Positions 1 through 13,433 of a stretch of 64,000 nt of DNA are shown in pieces. A model generated the notes under the pieces. The model saw nothing but the letters and a program-made list of their open reading frames with translations, searched no databases and was not told the DNA's origin. How positions within the stretch are numbered: position 1 is the first letter of the stretch; each line of letters begins with the position of its first letter. The DNA is from Okamejei kenojei (Eukaryota). The DNA is taken from assembly GCA_035221665.1 (NCBI GenBank), contig CM069142.1:27404001-27468000 (forward strand), written 5' to 3'. A program made the position numbers and the translations under genes.

Positions 1-286
1 CTTCAGACGTCTGAAGAAAGGTTTCGACCTGAAACGTTGCCTATTTCCTTCGCTCCGTAGATGCTGCCTCACGCGCTGAGTTTCTCCAGCATTTATGTCT
101 ACTTTCGCTTTTCCAGCATCTGCAGTTCCTTCTTAAACATCTAGATATTCAAGTTGCTCTGTGTACTGAATGCGTTAATGGACATTTTTCTTCCAATACC
201 CAATTACTGGGGAAATACGTTGAGAACATATCAAATGAACTGTGTACTGAGTACCCCAGTGAGAGTTGTGTGCATTCAGCATCACC

Positions 287-592
287 TTTAGACTACAGAG
301 ATGCAGCACGGATACAGGACCTCTGCCCATCATGTCCGCGCTGACCAGCGAACACCCGTTCATAGCACTATCCTACACACTAGGGACAATTTTCAATTTT
401 TTTTTACCAAAGCCAACTAACCTACAAACCTGTACCGTCTTTGGAGTGCGGGAGGAAACCGGAACACCCAGAGAAAACCCACGTGGTCACAGATAGAACG
501 TACAAACTCCATATAGACAGCAACCTTAGTCAGAATCGAACCCGGTCTCTGGCGCTGTAAGGCAGCAACTCTACTGCTGCACCCCTGTGCTG
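287..592 (-). mobile_element. HE1-type tRNA-derived V-SINE (other minus copies near 5137-5425, 12133-12606, 16100-16360, 20757-21025, 32336-32586, 45592-45898, 51196-51478)
   Basis: It has a tRNA-like head with a B-box (GGTTCGATTC), the V-domain GGGTTTTCTCTGGGTGTTCCGGTTTCCTCCC, and a CR1-like 3' tail ending TCTAAA. Confidence 0.88.
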
Positions 593-817
593 CGATCCAA
601 GTGCTTTGAGATTGGATGGGAGATGATGATACTGCAGAAAGCACAATCTCCTCTTTTGCTTCTACTTTTCTTTACTGCTTTCCCATGACCTGCATGAAAA
701 TGTCAAACCAGCAGGTTTAAATCCATTTCCTTATTCTTGTGCACGCTCTCTGGTTAACTAAGTCTAGCAAGTTAGAAAGTCGTCTTTGACACTATTTTTG
801 AAGTTTGCATGTTCCAT

Positions 818-3292
818 TTAACCATATAACAATTACAGCACGGAGACAGGCCCTCTCGGCCCTTCCAGTCCGTGCTGACCATTTGTTTTCCCTTAGTCCC
901 ATCTACCTGCACTCAGACCATAGACCTCCATTCCCTTCACGTCCATATACCTATCCACTTTACTTTTAAATGTTAAAATCGATCCTGCCTCCACCACCTC
1001 TGCTGGAAGCTCATTCCACACAGCCACCACCCTCTGAGTAAAGAAGTTCCCCCTCACATTACCCCTAAACTTCTGTCCCTTAATTCTCATGTCATGCCCT
1101 CTTGTTTGAATTTTCCCTACCCTCAATGGGAAAAGCTTATCCACGTCAACTCTGTCTATCCCTTTCATCATTTTAAAGACCTCAATCAAGTCCCCCCTTA
1201 ACCTTCTGCGCTCCAAAGAATAAAGACCTAACTTGTTCAACATTTCTCTGTAACATAGTTGCTGGAACCCTGGCAACATTCTAGTAAATCTCCTCTGTAC
1301 TCTCTCTATTTTGTTGACATCCTTCCTATAACTAGGCGACCAAAATTGTACACCATACTCCAGAATTGGTCTTACCAATGCCTTGTACAATTTTAACATT
1401 ACTTCCCTACTCCTATATTCAATGCTCTGATTTATAAAGGCCAGCACACCAAAGGCTTTCTTTACCACCCTATCTACATGCGATTCCACCTTCAGGGAAC
1501 TATGCACAGTTATTCCTAGATCCCTCTGTTCCACAGCATTCCTCAATGCCCTACCATTTACCATGTACGTCCTATTTTGATTTGTCCTGCCAAGATGTAG
1601 CACTTCACACTTATCAGCATTAAACTCCATCTGCCATCTTTCAGCCCACTTTTCCAAATGGCCCAAATCTCTCTCTAGACTTTGTGAATCTACTTCATTA
1701 TCCACAATACCACCTATCTTAGTATCATCTGCATACTTACTTATCCAATTTTCCACCCCATCATCCAGATCATTGATGTACATGACAAACAACAGTGGAC
1801 CCAACACAGATCCCTGAGGCACCCCACTGGTCACCGGCTTCCAACCTGACAAACAGCCATCCACCATTACTCTCTGACATCTCCCATTCAGCCACTGTTG
1901 AATCCATCTTGCTACTCCGCCATTAACACCCAAAGATTGAACCTTCTGAACCAACCTTCCATGGGGAACCTTGTCAAAGGCCTTACTGAAATCCATATAG
2001 ACAACATCCACTGCTTTTACCCTCATCAATTTCCCTAGTTACCGCTTCAAAAAATTCAAGAAGGTTTGTCAAACATGACCTTCCAGGCACAAATCCATGT
2101 TGACTGTTCCTGATCAGACCCTGTTTATCCAGATGCTTATATATATTATCTCTAAGTATCCTTTCCATTAATTTGCCCACCACTGACGTCAAACTAATAG
2201 GTCTATAATTGCTAGGTTTATTCTTTGAACCCTTTTTAAACAATGGAACAACATGCGCAGTACGCCAATCCTCCGGCACTATTCCCGTTTCTAATGACAT
2301 TTGAAATATTTCTGTCATAGCTCCTGCTATTTCTACACTAACTTCCCGCAATGTCCTAGGGAATATCCTGTCAGGACCTGGAGACTTATCCACCTTTATA
2401 TTCTTCAAAAGTGTCAGTACTTCCTCCTCTTTGAATCTCATAGTTTCCATAGCTACTCTACTTTTTTCCCTTACCTCACAGAGTTCAATATCCTTCTCCT
2501 TGGTGAATACCGAAGAAAAGAAATTGTTCAATATCTCCCCCATCTCTTTTGGCTCTGCAGATAGCTGTCCATTCTGGTTCTCTAATGGTCCAATTGTATC
2601 CCCCGTTATCCTTTTGCTATTAATATAGCTGTAGAAACCCTTTGGATTTACTTTCACCTTTCTTGCCAAAGCAACCTCATATCTTCTTTTAGCCTTCCTA
2701 ATTTCTTTCTTAAGATTCTTTTTACATTCTTTATACTCCTCTAGCACCTCATTTACTCCATGCCTCCTATAATTATTGTAGATATCTCTCTTTTTTCGAA
2801 ACAAGTGTCTAATTTCCCTTGAAAACCATGGCTCTTTCCAATTTTTACTATTTCCTTTCAACCTAACAGGGACATAAAGATTCTGTACTCTTACAATTTC
2901 CCCTTTAAATGTCCTCCATTTCTCTTCTACATCCTTCCCATGAAACAAAGTGTCCCAATTCACTCCTTTAAAATCCTCACGCATTCCCTCCAATCAAAAA
3001 TCTCCACTCTAGGTCCTGTTCTGACTCGCTCCATAATTATATTGAAGCTAATGGTATTGTGATCACTGGTCCCGAAGTGCTCACCAACGCATACCTCCGT
3101 CACCTGTCCTGCCTCATTTCCTAACAGGAGGTCCAGCACTGCCCCTTCTCTGGTCGGTACCTCTATGTACTGCTGCAGAAAACTATCCTGCACACATTTT
3201 ACAAACTCCAAACCATCCAGCCCATTTACAGAATGTGTTTCCCAGAAATTGAAATCTCCCACAATCACTACATTTTGTCTATCCTGTTGCAT
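818..3292 (-). mobile_element. CR1 LINE, 5'-truncated (partial endonuclease, RT, 3' UTR)
   Basis: ORF pieces 2960-3292 (GDFN, LDLLL, SDHN), 1983-2993 and 893-2029 (DFSKAFD, GVPQGSVLGP, YADD) are joined by frameshifts. A PLE-derived piece lies beyond the 5' end. Confidence 0.95.
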
Positions 3293-4249
3293 TAATTATT
3301 CTATATATGCTTCACTTTGCCCTTAATTGTTATCAATAGTTACTAAGCGAAAAGTATGTTATGTTGATTGAGACACAAGGAGCTGCAAATGCAGGTTTAC
3401 AAAAAAATGCAAAGTGCTGGAATAACTCAGGCAGGTCTGGCAGCATGTTCAGAGATGCGTGCATTTTCTCTGGGTGCTCCGGTTTCTTCCCACATTCCAA
3501 AGACACAGGTTTGTATGTCTCGACCCGAAACTTCACCCATTCCTTCTCTCCAGAGATACTGCCTGTCTGGCTGAGTTACTCCAGCATTTTGTGTCTACCT
3601 TCGATTTAAATCAGCTTCTGCTGTTCTTTCCTACACAGGTTTGTAGGTTAATTGGCTTCTGTAAATTGTAAATTGTCCCTAGTGTGTGGGATAGTGCTAG
3701 TGTACGTTGTGATCGCTGGCCTCGGTGGGCCGAAGGGCCACGCTGCGTCTATCACCTCAAGAAGGCAGCTAATATCACCCACGACACACACAGAGAGGGT
3801 ACTGCTACTGTCGGAAGTCAGTGTATGTGCCTGAGAATCATTACAGGTTCTCCCCAATATCTGTTAGATTCTTGAACCACATTAAACAATCCTTACCACA
3901 ACCCTATTGTGGGCTTTGACTTGTCTATGTACAATGTGTCTTTTCACAAACATAATCTAGTTTACTCAGAATAACTGATAATTTACTGCATACTTATTTT
4001 TGTTGTTGTTACTGTGCCTAATATGCCCTTGAAGCTGCAGCAAGTAAACATTTCATTGTTCCAGTTCATATCTTTTGCTCCGCTTTCCTGTGCCGCCTAT
4101 CTACAAAAGCAGCCCTGTTTCCTGGCGAGCGCTGCGCAGCCATGCTGGAGTTACCCGGCCTCTGCCGTGGATCCAACCTGGACCCGGCTCAGTCGCCGGC
4201 GCAGAGTCAACCCGGACTTGGCCTGGATGGTGTCCGAGGAAGAGGGCCG

Positions 4250-4535
4250 TCGGCGAGAGAGAGGGACATCAGAGAGGAGAGGGATGTCAGAGAGCAAGGG
4301 AGGTTGGCGAGAGGGTGTTGGAGTGAGGAAATTAATGTCAGAGAGAGAGAGGGATGTTGGTGAGAGGAGAGGGATGTCAGAGAGCAAGGGAGGTTGGCGA
4401 GAGGGTGTTGGAGTGAGGAAAGGGATGTCAGAGAGAGAGAGAGAGGGATGTTGGCGAGGGGAGAGGGACGTTGGAGTGGGGAGAGGGAGGTTGACGAGGG
4501 GAGGCGTCGTTGACGAGGGGAGGGATGTCAGAGCG
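4250..4535. repeat. GA-rich low-complexity tandem repeat
   Basis: GAGAGGAGAGGGATGTCAGAGAGCAAGGGAGGTTGGCGAGAGGGTGTTGGAGTGAGGAAA is duplicated, with shorter GGGATGT units. Confidence 0.85.
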
Positions 4536-5467
4536 CTGTTGTCCACGTGATTTCTGACACTCAACTGAGGAGGTGAACAAGGAGGAGCTCAGCAACTCAG
4601 CGTGGGAGAGGGGTGGGGGGGGTGGGCACCGAGAACAAAGAGGGACTGGGGGAGTGGGGGTGGGGTAAGGAAAGGGGACTATATTGAATACTCTGTCAGC
4701 GCCCTTTTTGTGCGTCTCTTTGCACTCTTGCCTACTGTATGCAAAGCAAGGAATTTCACTGTACCTGTACATGTGACAGAAGTATCACTCATTCAATCTA
4801 TCAATCTATCTATCTATCTATTCCACCCCACTCTTTCCTAGTAGCATTTTCAATGACTATTCATCAAGAACTTGTCCACTTCCCATTTGCAAACCATATT
4901 TCGTGCTGCCTCCAGCAGCCTGTTGGGCAGTAAGTTCCAGATGCTAACCACCCGCTATGTAACAATATCTTCTTCCTCCTGAAAGTTCTCATTCCATTGT
5001 CAATCATTTAGACCTGGATCTTATGGTACTTCCAATAAAAAACATTTCACTCCTACCTTTCTGACTGGACTCATGACACTGAACACCTCTATTACATCCC
5101 CCTCTCCTCTTAGCTTAGACAGCCCAAGAACAACCTTAGACTTTAGAGATATGGCGCAGAAACACTGCGGGCCCGCTGGGTCCGTGCTGACCAGCAAACA
5201 CCCGTACAATAGTGCTATCCTATGACAATTTGCAATGTTACCAACCCAATCAACTTACAAACTTATAGTTCTTTAGAATGTGGGAGGAAACCGGAGCTCC
5301 TGGGGGAAACCCATGTGGACACATGGAGAACGTACAAACGGCGTACAGACATCACCCGTTGTCGAACCCGGGTCTCGGTCGCTGTAAGGCAGCAACTCTA
5401 CCGCTGTGCCACCGTGCTGCCCTGCCATCAATCATAGTTTCTCCAGGCTATCCATGTGACATACTAA

Positions 5468-5746
5468 TGCCCCTGTCCCACTTAGGAAACCCGAACGGAA
5501 ACCTCTGGAGACTTTGCGCCCCACCCAAGGTTTCCGTGCGGTTCCCGGAGGCTTTTGTCCTCCGGCAACCACCTTCAACTAGCATCACAACCGGCTTCGA
5601 CTAAAAAATTACAGATTTTTTAAACGGAAACCACTTTCGACCATTAGGGAGACTGACAAAAACCTCCGGGAACCGCACAGAAACCTTGGGTGTGGCGCAT
5701 AGTCTCCAGAGGTTCCCGTTCGGGTTTCCTAAGTGAGACAGGGGCA
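5468..5746. mobile_element. PIF/Harbinger-type MITE
   Basis: It has long TIRs starting TGCCCCTGTCCCACTTAGGAAACC and a TAA target duplication (5465-5467, 5747-5749). Confidence 0.85.
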
Positions 5747-7225
5747 TAAGAGCAGTTTACAGAAGCCAATTAGCCCACAAATCTGCACATCTTTGGAATG
5801 TGGGAGGAAAACCAGAGCACCAGGTGAAAACCCATGTGATCACAGGGCGAATGTACTAATCTGTACAGACAGCAAGCATAGTGAGGATCGAATTGGGGTC
5901 TCTGGTGCTGAGAAGTAGCAATGCTACTGCCGCCCCAATGAATGGATGCTAAACCTGATATTGAACCATGGTCGCTTTACCGTTCCTTATGAATGTGAAT
6001 ATATATACTACATCTCCCAGCCTTACGGAATCTGCATCTTTTAGAATGTCCCTGCGCATCTAAATTAGTAATAAATGTCACATAAAAGGATGATATCATT
6101 GATGTCCATTTTTATCACACCCCTTTCATTCTATGGATTTGAATTGTGGTATAAATTCCATTCAGTGGTAATTTATCAAATTCTCTGGAAATCCTTATAC
6201 CCCACATTGCTCTCATCAACCCTCAAATGACTATATGCACCCAGTTATCATTTTTATAATCAATCCAGTATTGATCAGAAGAAAATCAAGTTGCATTTAA
6301 AATAATAATTGATTTTTTTTCCTCGCCCCAGTGTGACCTCAATCTCCCCCTGTGCAGTAATATAAAATTAAATTATATCCCTCCTGATTTGTTGTCTGTG
6401 TATATCATTTAGCAGTCTTCACTTGGTCTGAAGAGCAATCTTTGGTTTCACCAGCTCACATATTTACTGTGTGGGAAGGAACTGCAGATGCTGGTTTGTA
6501 GCGAAGATAGACACAAAATGCTGGAGTAACTCAGCGGATCAGACAATATCTCCAGAGAAAAAGTAAAGGTAATGTTTCAGGTTGAACCCTTCTTCAGACC
6601 AAAGAAGTCTGCAGAGGGGTTCCAACCACAAACATCACCAATTATTTTCTCTGGAGATGCTGCCTGATCCATTGAGTTACCCGAGCATTTTGTGCCGATC
6701 GCAGATATACCTTCAGGGGTTAAACATGGGATCAGAAGCCTGATCTATTTGAATCTCTGCTGATAAACCCCAAAAATCTATTGCCAATGACAAAGGCTGT
6801 TAGGTCACATACGAAATCAAGGCTGTTATGGAGCCCACTCAAGAAACATCCTGCATGGATTGCAAACCTCCAACAAAAAAAATCCTAATTATTTCCATAA
6901 GCAGAATTAGGCCATTAGGGCCATCGGGTCTGCTCCGCCATTCGATCATGACTGATCTATTTTTCCCTCTCAATGCCACTTTCCTGCCTTCTCACTGGAA
7001 CCATTGATGCCGTTCCTAATCAAGAACCTATCAATCTCCGCTTTAAAAATACCCAATGACTTGACCCCCACAGCCGTCTGTGGCAATGAATTCCACAGAT
7101 TCACCACCTTTTATCATGTATCTGTACACTGTGGATGACTCAATTGTAATCACGTATGTCTTTCCGCTGACTGGTTAACACGCACCAAGAGCGTTTCACT
7201 GTACCTCGGTACACGTGACAACCAA

Positions 7226-7265
7226 CCTAACCTAACCTAACCTAACCTAACCTAACCTAACCTAA
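7226..7265. repeat. (CCTAA)n microsatellite
   Basis: There are about 8 perfect units at the tail of a LINE-derived 3' end. Confidence 0.9.
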
Positions 7266-7319
7266 ACAAAACAAATTCCTCCTCATTTAATTTCATTTAA
7301 TTTTTAGGAAACCACCTCC

Positions 7320-7483
7320 CTAAACATGGAGTCCAGCCAGAGCAGTGTACTGTAGATTGACTTGAATTAGTATACCAGAACAGAGTTTGAATGAAAGTGA
7401 AGAATAACGTTTTTGGCATAATCGCACATGAAAATGTGACAACAGCTTACCAAAATTCTTCATCGTTCTTAATTGTAAATTTG
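7320..7483 (-). CDS. Candidate terminal exon(s) with ITIM-like LQYTAL
   Basis: A phase-1 acceptor TTCCTCTCTGATGCTGTAG| lies at 7483, and the frame is open to TAG at 7320. A possible in-frame 90-bp intron runs 7361-7450 (donor TTG|GTAAGC). A competing acceptor exists near 9155. Confidence 0.3.
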
Positions 7484-8577
7484 CTACAGCATCAGAGAGG
7501 AACACAGCAGAGTACGCTGTAACTGCACAGACACCTTTAACTCTCCTCCATTTGGTTGTGCCACATAACTAGCTGGCAAGGTGACCTGTGTCAGCTATTA
7601 ATTCAAGTACCAAGTATCATGTTCTGCACTGACAACAGTTTTCTTAGAGCTGCAAGCATAGAAACTCATCTAAATTTGCCATTTTAAGTTATTTTTAAGC
7701 GTCATTAATTTTAGATATGGCAACGATTATGAGAAAATCAATGGCGCTAATTTATGCAATGAGATAAATTGTTTAATATCCCTGTTAAAATAGCAGGAAG
7801 ATATGTTTGAGACCTTCATTAAGAATTCTTCTACTAATATCCTATGATGTAATTTCAGTCTATTTGTCCTTTCTCTTTCCACAGACAGGACTAAATGTCA
7901 TATGCATGAGTAGCATAATTCAATAACAAGCGTATTAATGTCCAGGGTGATGTCAAACTTAGTCATGCAATACTGAAAGGAGGCCTGAGATCATCTTTAA
8001 ATTAGAGAGCTACTACATTGGTTCTTCAGCTTATTTATAACAAAAACACAAATGCAAAACTGATAAGGTTGGAAATGCTGAACAGATCCTTGAAACAAGC
8101 AGAGAGCCCATATTATGTATGTTTGGTAATGAGACAGATTTAGCTGATAATATATGTTTAATAACAATCATATTATGCTGTGAAAGAAAAACACAAAGTG
8201 CTGGAGTAACTGAGTGGGTCAAGCCGCATCACTGGAGAACATGAATAGATGACATTTTGGATTCAGACCATTCTTCGGACTGAATCTGAATTTGAGTCTG
8301 AAGAAGGATCCCGACCTGAAACATTACCTATCTATATTCTTCGGGATTCTGCCTGACCCACTGAGTTACTCCAGTACTTTGCGTCTTTTTTTTTAAACTA
8401 ACGTCTGTGGTTCCTTGTTTCTATATTATACTGAGGTCTGATTTCACATTTGAAATGGGAAAGCACACACAGACTCTCGATTGCTGTAAGGCTGACTTCT
8501 GTGTGGCTACCACAGGTGCTAAGGTAAAGGAGCCGTATCTGATAATGGGCAAATATCTTTGGGAAAGATTGATCATC

Positions 8578-8882
8578 GGGTGGCGCAGTGGCCTAGTTGC
8601 TGCCTTACAGTGCCAGAGACCCAGGTTCGATCCTGCCTGTATGGAGTTTGTCCATTCTCCCTGTGGCCGCGTGACTTTTCTCCAGATGCTCCGGTTTCCT
8701 CCCACCTTTCCTCCCAAAAGACGTACAGGTTTGTAAGTTAATTGGCTTCGGTAAAATTGTAAGTTGTCCCTGGTATGTAGGATAGTGCTAGTGTACGGGG
8801 TGATCATTGGTTGGTGCGGACCCAGTGGGCCGTAAGGCCTGTTTGCATGCTCTATCTCTAAAATTTAAAGTCTAAAGTTTAA
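8578..8882 (+). mobile_element. HE1-type V-SINE (other plus copies near 15322-15615, 26320-26477, 31650-31898, 34402-34672, 47500-48060, 59101-59508, 62950-63130)
   Basis: It has an A-box (TGGCGCAGTGG), a B-box (GGTTCGATCC), the V-domain and a (CTAAA)/(TCTAAAG) tail. Confidence 0.88.
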
Positions 8883-9187
8883 GTACTCATGTCATGATGT
8901 GCTAAAGCTACCTGAATTAGCAATAGATTCACATGTGTAGAAGAACTGGGATTTGTGTGTGTGTGCAGCCTAAAGCAAAGGTTACACTGACCATAATCTA
9001 TCTCATGTATTTTAAGTAAAACATGCATGAATGAGATTATTTTAATGAAGCATCACCATTTAATCAGATGGGATCTGTTTTCTGAAGTTGTGTTTAGCTG
9101 CCCCTATAGAACTGTTAGGATCATACTAATGGCCTCATTAAAGCGTGGAGGTATACTGTAAATATGAAATAATTTTTACTTTAGATG

Positions 9188-10195
9188 GGGGGTAATGTTG
9201 GGCACTATAGCACACATGTGATTGAGGTAATGTGCCCAATAAGAGAAATAGGAGACAAGTGATAGGAATAAAGTTGCCCACTGTAGCACACAAGTCGTGG
9301 GAATAATGTCCACCCTGGCACATACATGATAGACAATAGGTGCAGGAGTAGGCCATTCGGCCCTTCGAGCCAGCACCGCATGCCCATGATGGGAATAATG
9401 TTGTGCCCTAAAGCACACAAGTAGTGGGAGCAATGTGCTCTATAGCTCACTCGAGGGAGGGAGTGTTGTTCACTGTAATACACAACTGGTGGGAGTAATG
9501 CACATAGAAACATAGAAACATAGAAATTAGGTGCAGGAGTAGGCCATTCAGCCCTTCGAGCCTGCACCGCCATTCAATATGATCATGGCTGATCATCCAA
9601 CTCAGTATCCCGTACCTGCCTTCTCTCCATACCCTCTGATCCCCTTAGCCACAAGGGCCACATCCAACTCACTCTTAAATATAGCCAATGAACTGGCCTC
9701 AACTACCCTCTGTGGCAGAGAGTTCCAGAGACTCACCACTCTCTGTGTGAAAAAAGTCTTTCTCATCTCGGTCTTAAAGGATTTCCCCCTTATCCTTAAG
9801 CTGTGACCCCTTGTCCTGGACTTCCCCAACATCGGGAACAATCTTCCTGCATCTAGCCTGTCCAACCCCTTAAGAATTTTGTAAGTTTCTATAAGATCCC
9901 CTCTCAATCTCCTAAATTCCAGAGAGTATAAACCGAGTATATCCAGTCTTTCTTCATAAGACAGTCCTGACATCCCAGGAATCAGTCTGGTGAACCTTCT
10001 CTGCACTCCCTCTATGGCATAAGTGATTGGAGAAATGTTACACACTATAACACAAGTGCTGGGAGGAATGCTGAGTACTATAACACACATGTGATGTGCA
10101 CTATAACACATACATGATGGAAGTAATGTTGTGCACTATGGCATATGTATTGGGAGTAATGTTCACTATAACAGAAGTGGTGGGAATGATACACT
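9188..10195. repeat. Degenerate 35-40 bp minisatellite, interrupted by CR1 pieces
   Basis: GGGA(A/G)TAATGTTGTGCACTATA(A/G)CACACA(A/T)GTG recurs at 9188-9500 and 10020-10195. Confidence 0.8.
9502..10019 (-). mobile_element. Young CR1 3' fragment with (TTTCTATG)n tail
   Basis: It encodes the ORF2 C-terminus (VQRRFTRLIPG...FFTQRVV...GEKAGTGY*) and has the tail CATAGAAACATAGAAACATAGAAA on +. Confidence 0.93.
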
Positions 10196-11193
10196 CCTCT
10201 AATTGAATCAGATGATAGTGATTGAAAGATGCCCCACTTTTGTCTGTCCCACCTGCCCATGCTTGGCCCCTATGCCTCTAAACCTTGCCTTTCCATGTAC
10301 CTGTCGAGATATCTTTTAACTCTACGACAAGAGAATGTCACTTCGCAACCATGATCCTTTCAGTGCTGTGTACACTGAATGTTTTACCCAAGTCCTCTAT
10401 AGTTCTTTCTCAGGTTGATTGTTTTTTTAAATCTATTTGTTTTTGGTAACAATACTTTTGTTTTGAAAAGGGGTTTTCCACATTCACCTTCAAAATCTTT
10501 CAGAATTTTGAACATTCCAAATCAAATCTTTTAGTTCCAATCATTTGTTGCTCCGAACAATTCCAGTTTCTCAAATTTATTCCCATCACTGCAGTAAGAT
10601 AGCCCCGGTCTCACCCTTGTAAGGCCTTGATCCCATTCTAAGGCCTCTGAATCTTTCCACAATAAGTATCCGGAGTAGGCCACAGTCCCATAGCTGTTGC
10701 TTAATCAACATTTTACCAAGGTTGAGTGTCAGTTCCTTGCATTAATACTCTTCTGCATCTACTTACAAAGCTAAAATGTATCTTTGTATCTCCTCAACCT
10801 TTATTATTATATCAATCAGTTTACACTGACACTGCCCATTCTTCCTAACAAATTGAATTAATTCATCCCCAATTGGCTTTAATTTGATCTGCCACGTAGT
10901 TATTCATTTCATCGGTTATTATCCTATTGACGTCTTACTAAATTTCCATGTTTTGTTCCATCTCCAAATTTCACTATGAAACCCTGTTTACATAGGTCTG
11001 GGTCATTAATGTAAATCAAAAGCACAGTTGGTCTTAATGCCAAACCCTGAGGAACACCATTGTGTCCCTTCTAGTATGAGAAAAAAATCTTTCACCACCA
11101 CACCATATTGTTTATCTCGTAGTCAGTCGAGCATTTGAGTAGCCTTTAGGACTTTTACTTTGCCAGAAAATTATTGGTACTTATTGAACTTAC

Positions 11194-11247
11194 TGTTATC
11201 CACATTTTCATATATCGGAGTTTTTTTGGATGCGTTTTGACCGTGCT
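11194..11247 (-). CDS. Cytoplasmic exon with tyrosine motif (EHGQNASKKTPIYENVDN)
   Basis: The acceptor is TATCTCTCAACAG| and the donor ACA|GTAAGT, giving 54 bp, phase 1-1. It encodes IYENV (YxN). Confidence 0.7.
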
Positions 11248-12341
11248 CTGTTGAGAGATAATCATAATATATAAAGAGTCTATTGGTAAAATATAGAATT
11301 AAGAAAAATAAGAAATTAAATCTCAATCCAGATGAAAGATCTTGTCCTAAAATGTCAACAGTACATTTCCCTTCACAAATGCTGCCTGAACTGCTGAGTT
11401 CCTCCAGTGGTTCATTGTTTGCTGTTGATTCCAACATCTGCAGTTTATTGTATCTTCAGACAAAAATAATAACCAACTGTTGGTGGTCTTATGAATGTAC
11501 TGCTTCAACCTAACTAATGATTCCACTTACATGGTTATGGCAGATAACATATCAACTGCTTTTAGTGTGTCTCCTCAATATTTTATCGTGCACCAGTTCA
11601 GCAACATTTCAAACTGGAATGAGGTATGGTTAAGCTTCATCAGGCCACAGCACTGACAATGACATCCCAATCATTCACAAGTGAGAAATGACCTATGCAG
11701 TTTACATGGAATTGCAATAACATGGACAAGCAAAGCCAAATAAAATGCACTCCATCCTGTTGAATGAAGCTATTAGATTAAATCCAGCTGTATCCATTGT
11801 AAATTGTGATATACGGTGCTTGGTGTGCTATCCTCAATTTCATACAGGGATATATGACTTTTGATTTATTTCTGTGGAAATAAAAGGCAAAATACTGATG
11901 GTGGCAAACTACTGATGAAAGAAGACTTCATCCACAATGTGAAAAACTGCTATATTCTCACAGGAGAAATTCCAAAACCCAATTATGGTTCCTGGGTGCT
12001 ACTCTTTAAAGAAGCCACCAACGGACATCAAAAACTAAATGTGCAGCAGCGTGTAATTCTTAGGAATTCTCATATAATTCAGAGCAGGAGTATATCTGCT
12101 GAAGTCATTTTAATGAAATCTGTCGCTTTACTTTAGACTTTTAGAATTTAGAGATGTAGCACAGAAACAAGCCCACCGAGCACATGCTGATCAGCGATCA
12201 CCCCGTACACTAACCTATACAAACACTAGGGACAATTTTACAACTTAGCGAAGTCAATTAACCTACAAACCTGTATGTCTTTGCAATGTTGGAGGAAACC
12301 AGAGCACGCAGAGAAAACCCACATGGTCACAGGGAGAACAT

Positions 12342-12517
12342 ATTAAAGAGTGAGTTGGATGTGGCCCTTGTGGCTAAGGGGATCAGAGGGTATGGAGAGA
12401 AGGCAGGTACGGGATACTGAGTTGGATGATCAGCCATGATCATATTGAATGGCGGTGCAGGCTCGAAGGGCTGAATGGCCTACTCCTGCACCTAATTTCT
12501 ATGTTTCTATGTTTCTA
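12342..12517 (+). mobile_element. CR1 3' end nested inside an HE1-type SINE
   Basis: It is near-identical to the reverse complement of 9505-9680. SINE sequence resumes on both sides (GGGAGAACA ... AAACTCCATATAGAC). Confidence 0.9.
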
Positions 12518-13433
12518 AACTCCATATAGACAGCACCCCTAGTCAGGACCGAACCCGGGTCTCTGGTACCGTAAGTTAGCAACTCTACCGCTGCGCCACT
12601 GTGGCATCCCTAAGCAGACATTAAACTGCCTATACTGTCAGTCTTGTAGAATTTATCCTATGTAGATTATTGGGGTGAATTCCAGTTATTGACAATACAT
12701 AAATAGCTGCACATGTGTAAATTTGTGCAGTCACAGTCATTCATGAATGGTAAATCATAACCTCATGGGTGGCAATAGACTTTTCTCAATTGCCAATGAA
12801 GCCTTTGCAATTAAGTATAATAAATAAGATTTGTAGGTTATTGTGTAGCATTATTCAATAAATTATGCATCCACTATGTTATCCCACTTTCACATCCACT
12901 CCTTACAAACTAGGAACAATTTACAGAGGTCCATTAACCTACAAACTTGCATGTCTTTGGGATGTGGGAGAAACCCGGAGCACCCGGAAGAAACCCAAGA
13001 CCTGGTTAATGGGAGAATGTGCAAGCCCCACAACCCAGGTCTCTGGTGATGCAAGGCAGGCGCTCTACCAGCTGATCTCTGTGCCGCCTGTAGTTGTTTT
13101 CAGAGTTATTTAAAATTGCTTGGCTCTATCTCCCTTGGATGTTGTTTATATACTTTCTACTACACAGATTGGAAGACTAGGTATAATATAATGAACTAAC
13201 TAAGAATAGGGCTAAATTCATTTTTCAATACTTTTTCCGGAAAGTTGAAAGTATACAGAGCAAATTGACTGGTAGTGTGTGAAGATTTGCTGCCTGCTCT
13301 GAGGATAGTGTCAGACCAGTTCTTCATTGCCAAGGAGATAATAATTCTGATCTTCCATGGCTCCGTAATTAACCAAACATAAAACAAACTGGGGAAATCC
13401 ATGATATTTCAATCCCAAACGATAGGCTTCAGT

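Noticed and set aside
4014-4772. Overlapping 114-178 aa ORFs
   Set aside because: They are produced by GA-rich low-complexity repeats and show no domain features.
7226-7265. (TTAGG)n arthropod-type telomere repeat
   Set aside because: It is short and sits where related LINE ends have (CTAAA)n tails, so it is a tail variant. The vertebrate telomere repeat is TTAGGG.
10322-10400. Minus-strand SVYTAL ITIM-like peptide
   Set aside because: There is no phase-1 acceptor or pyrimidine tract in the needed frame.
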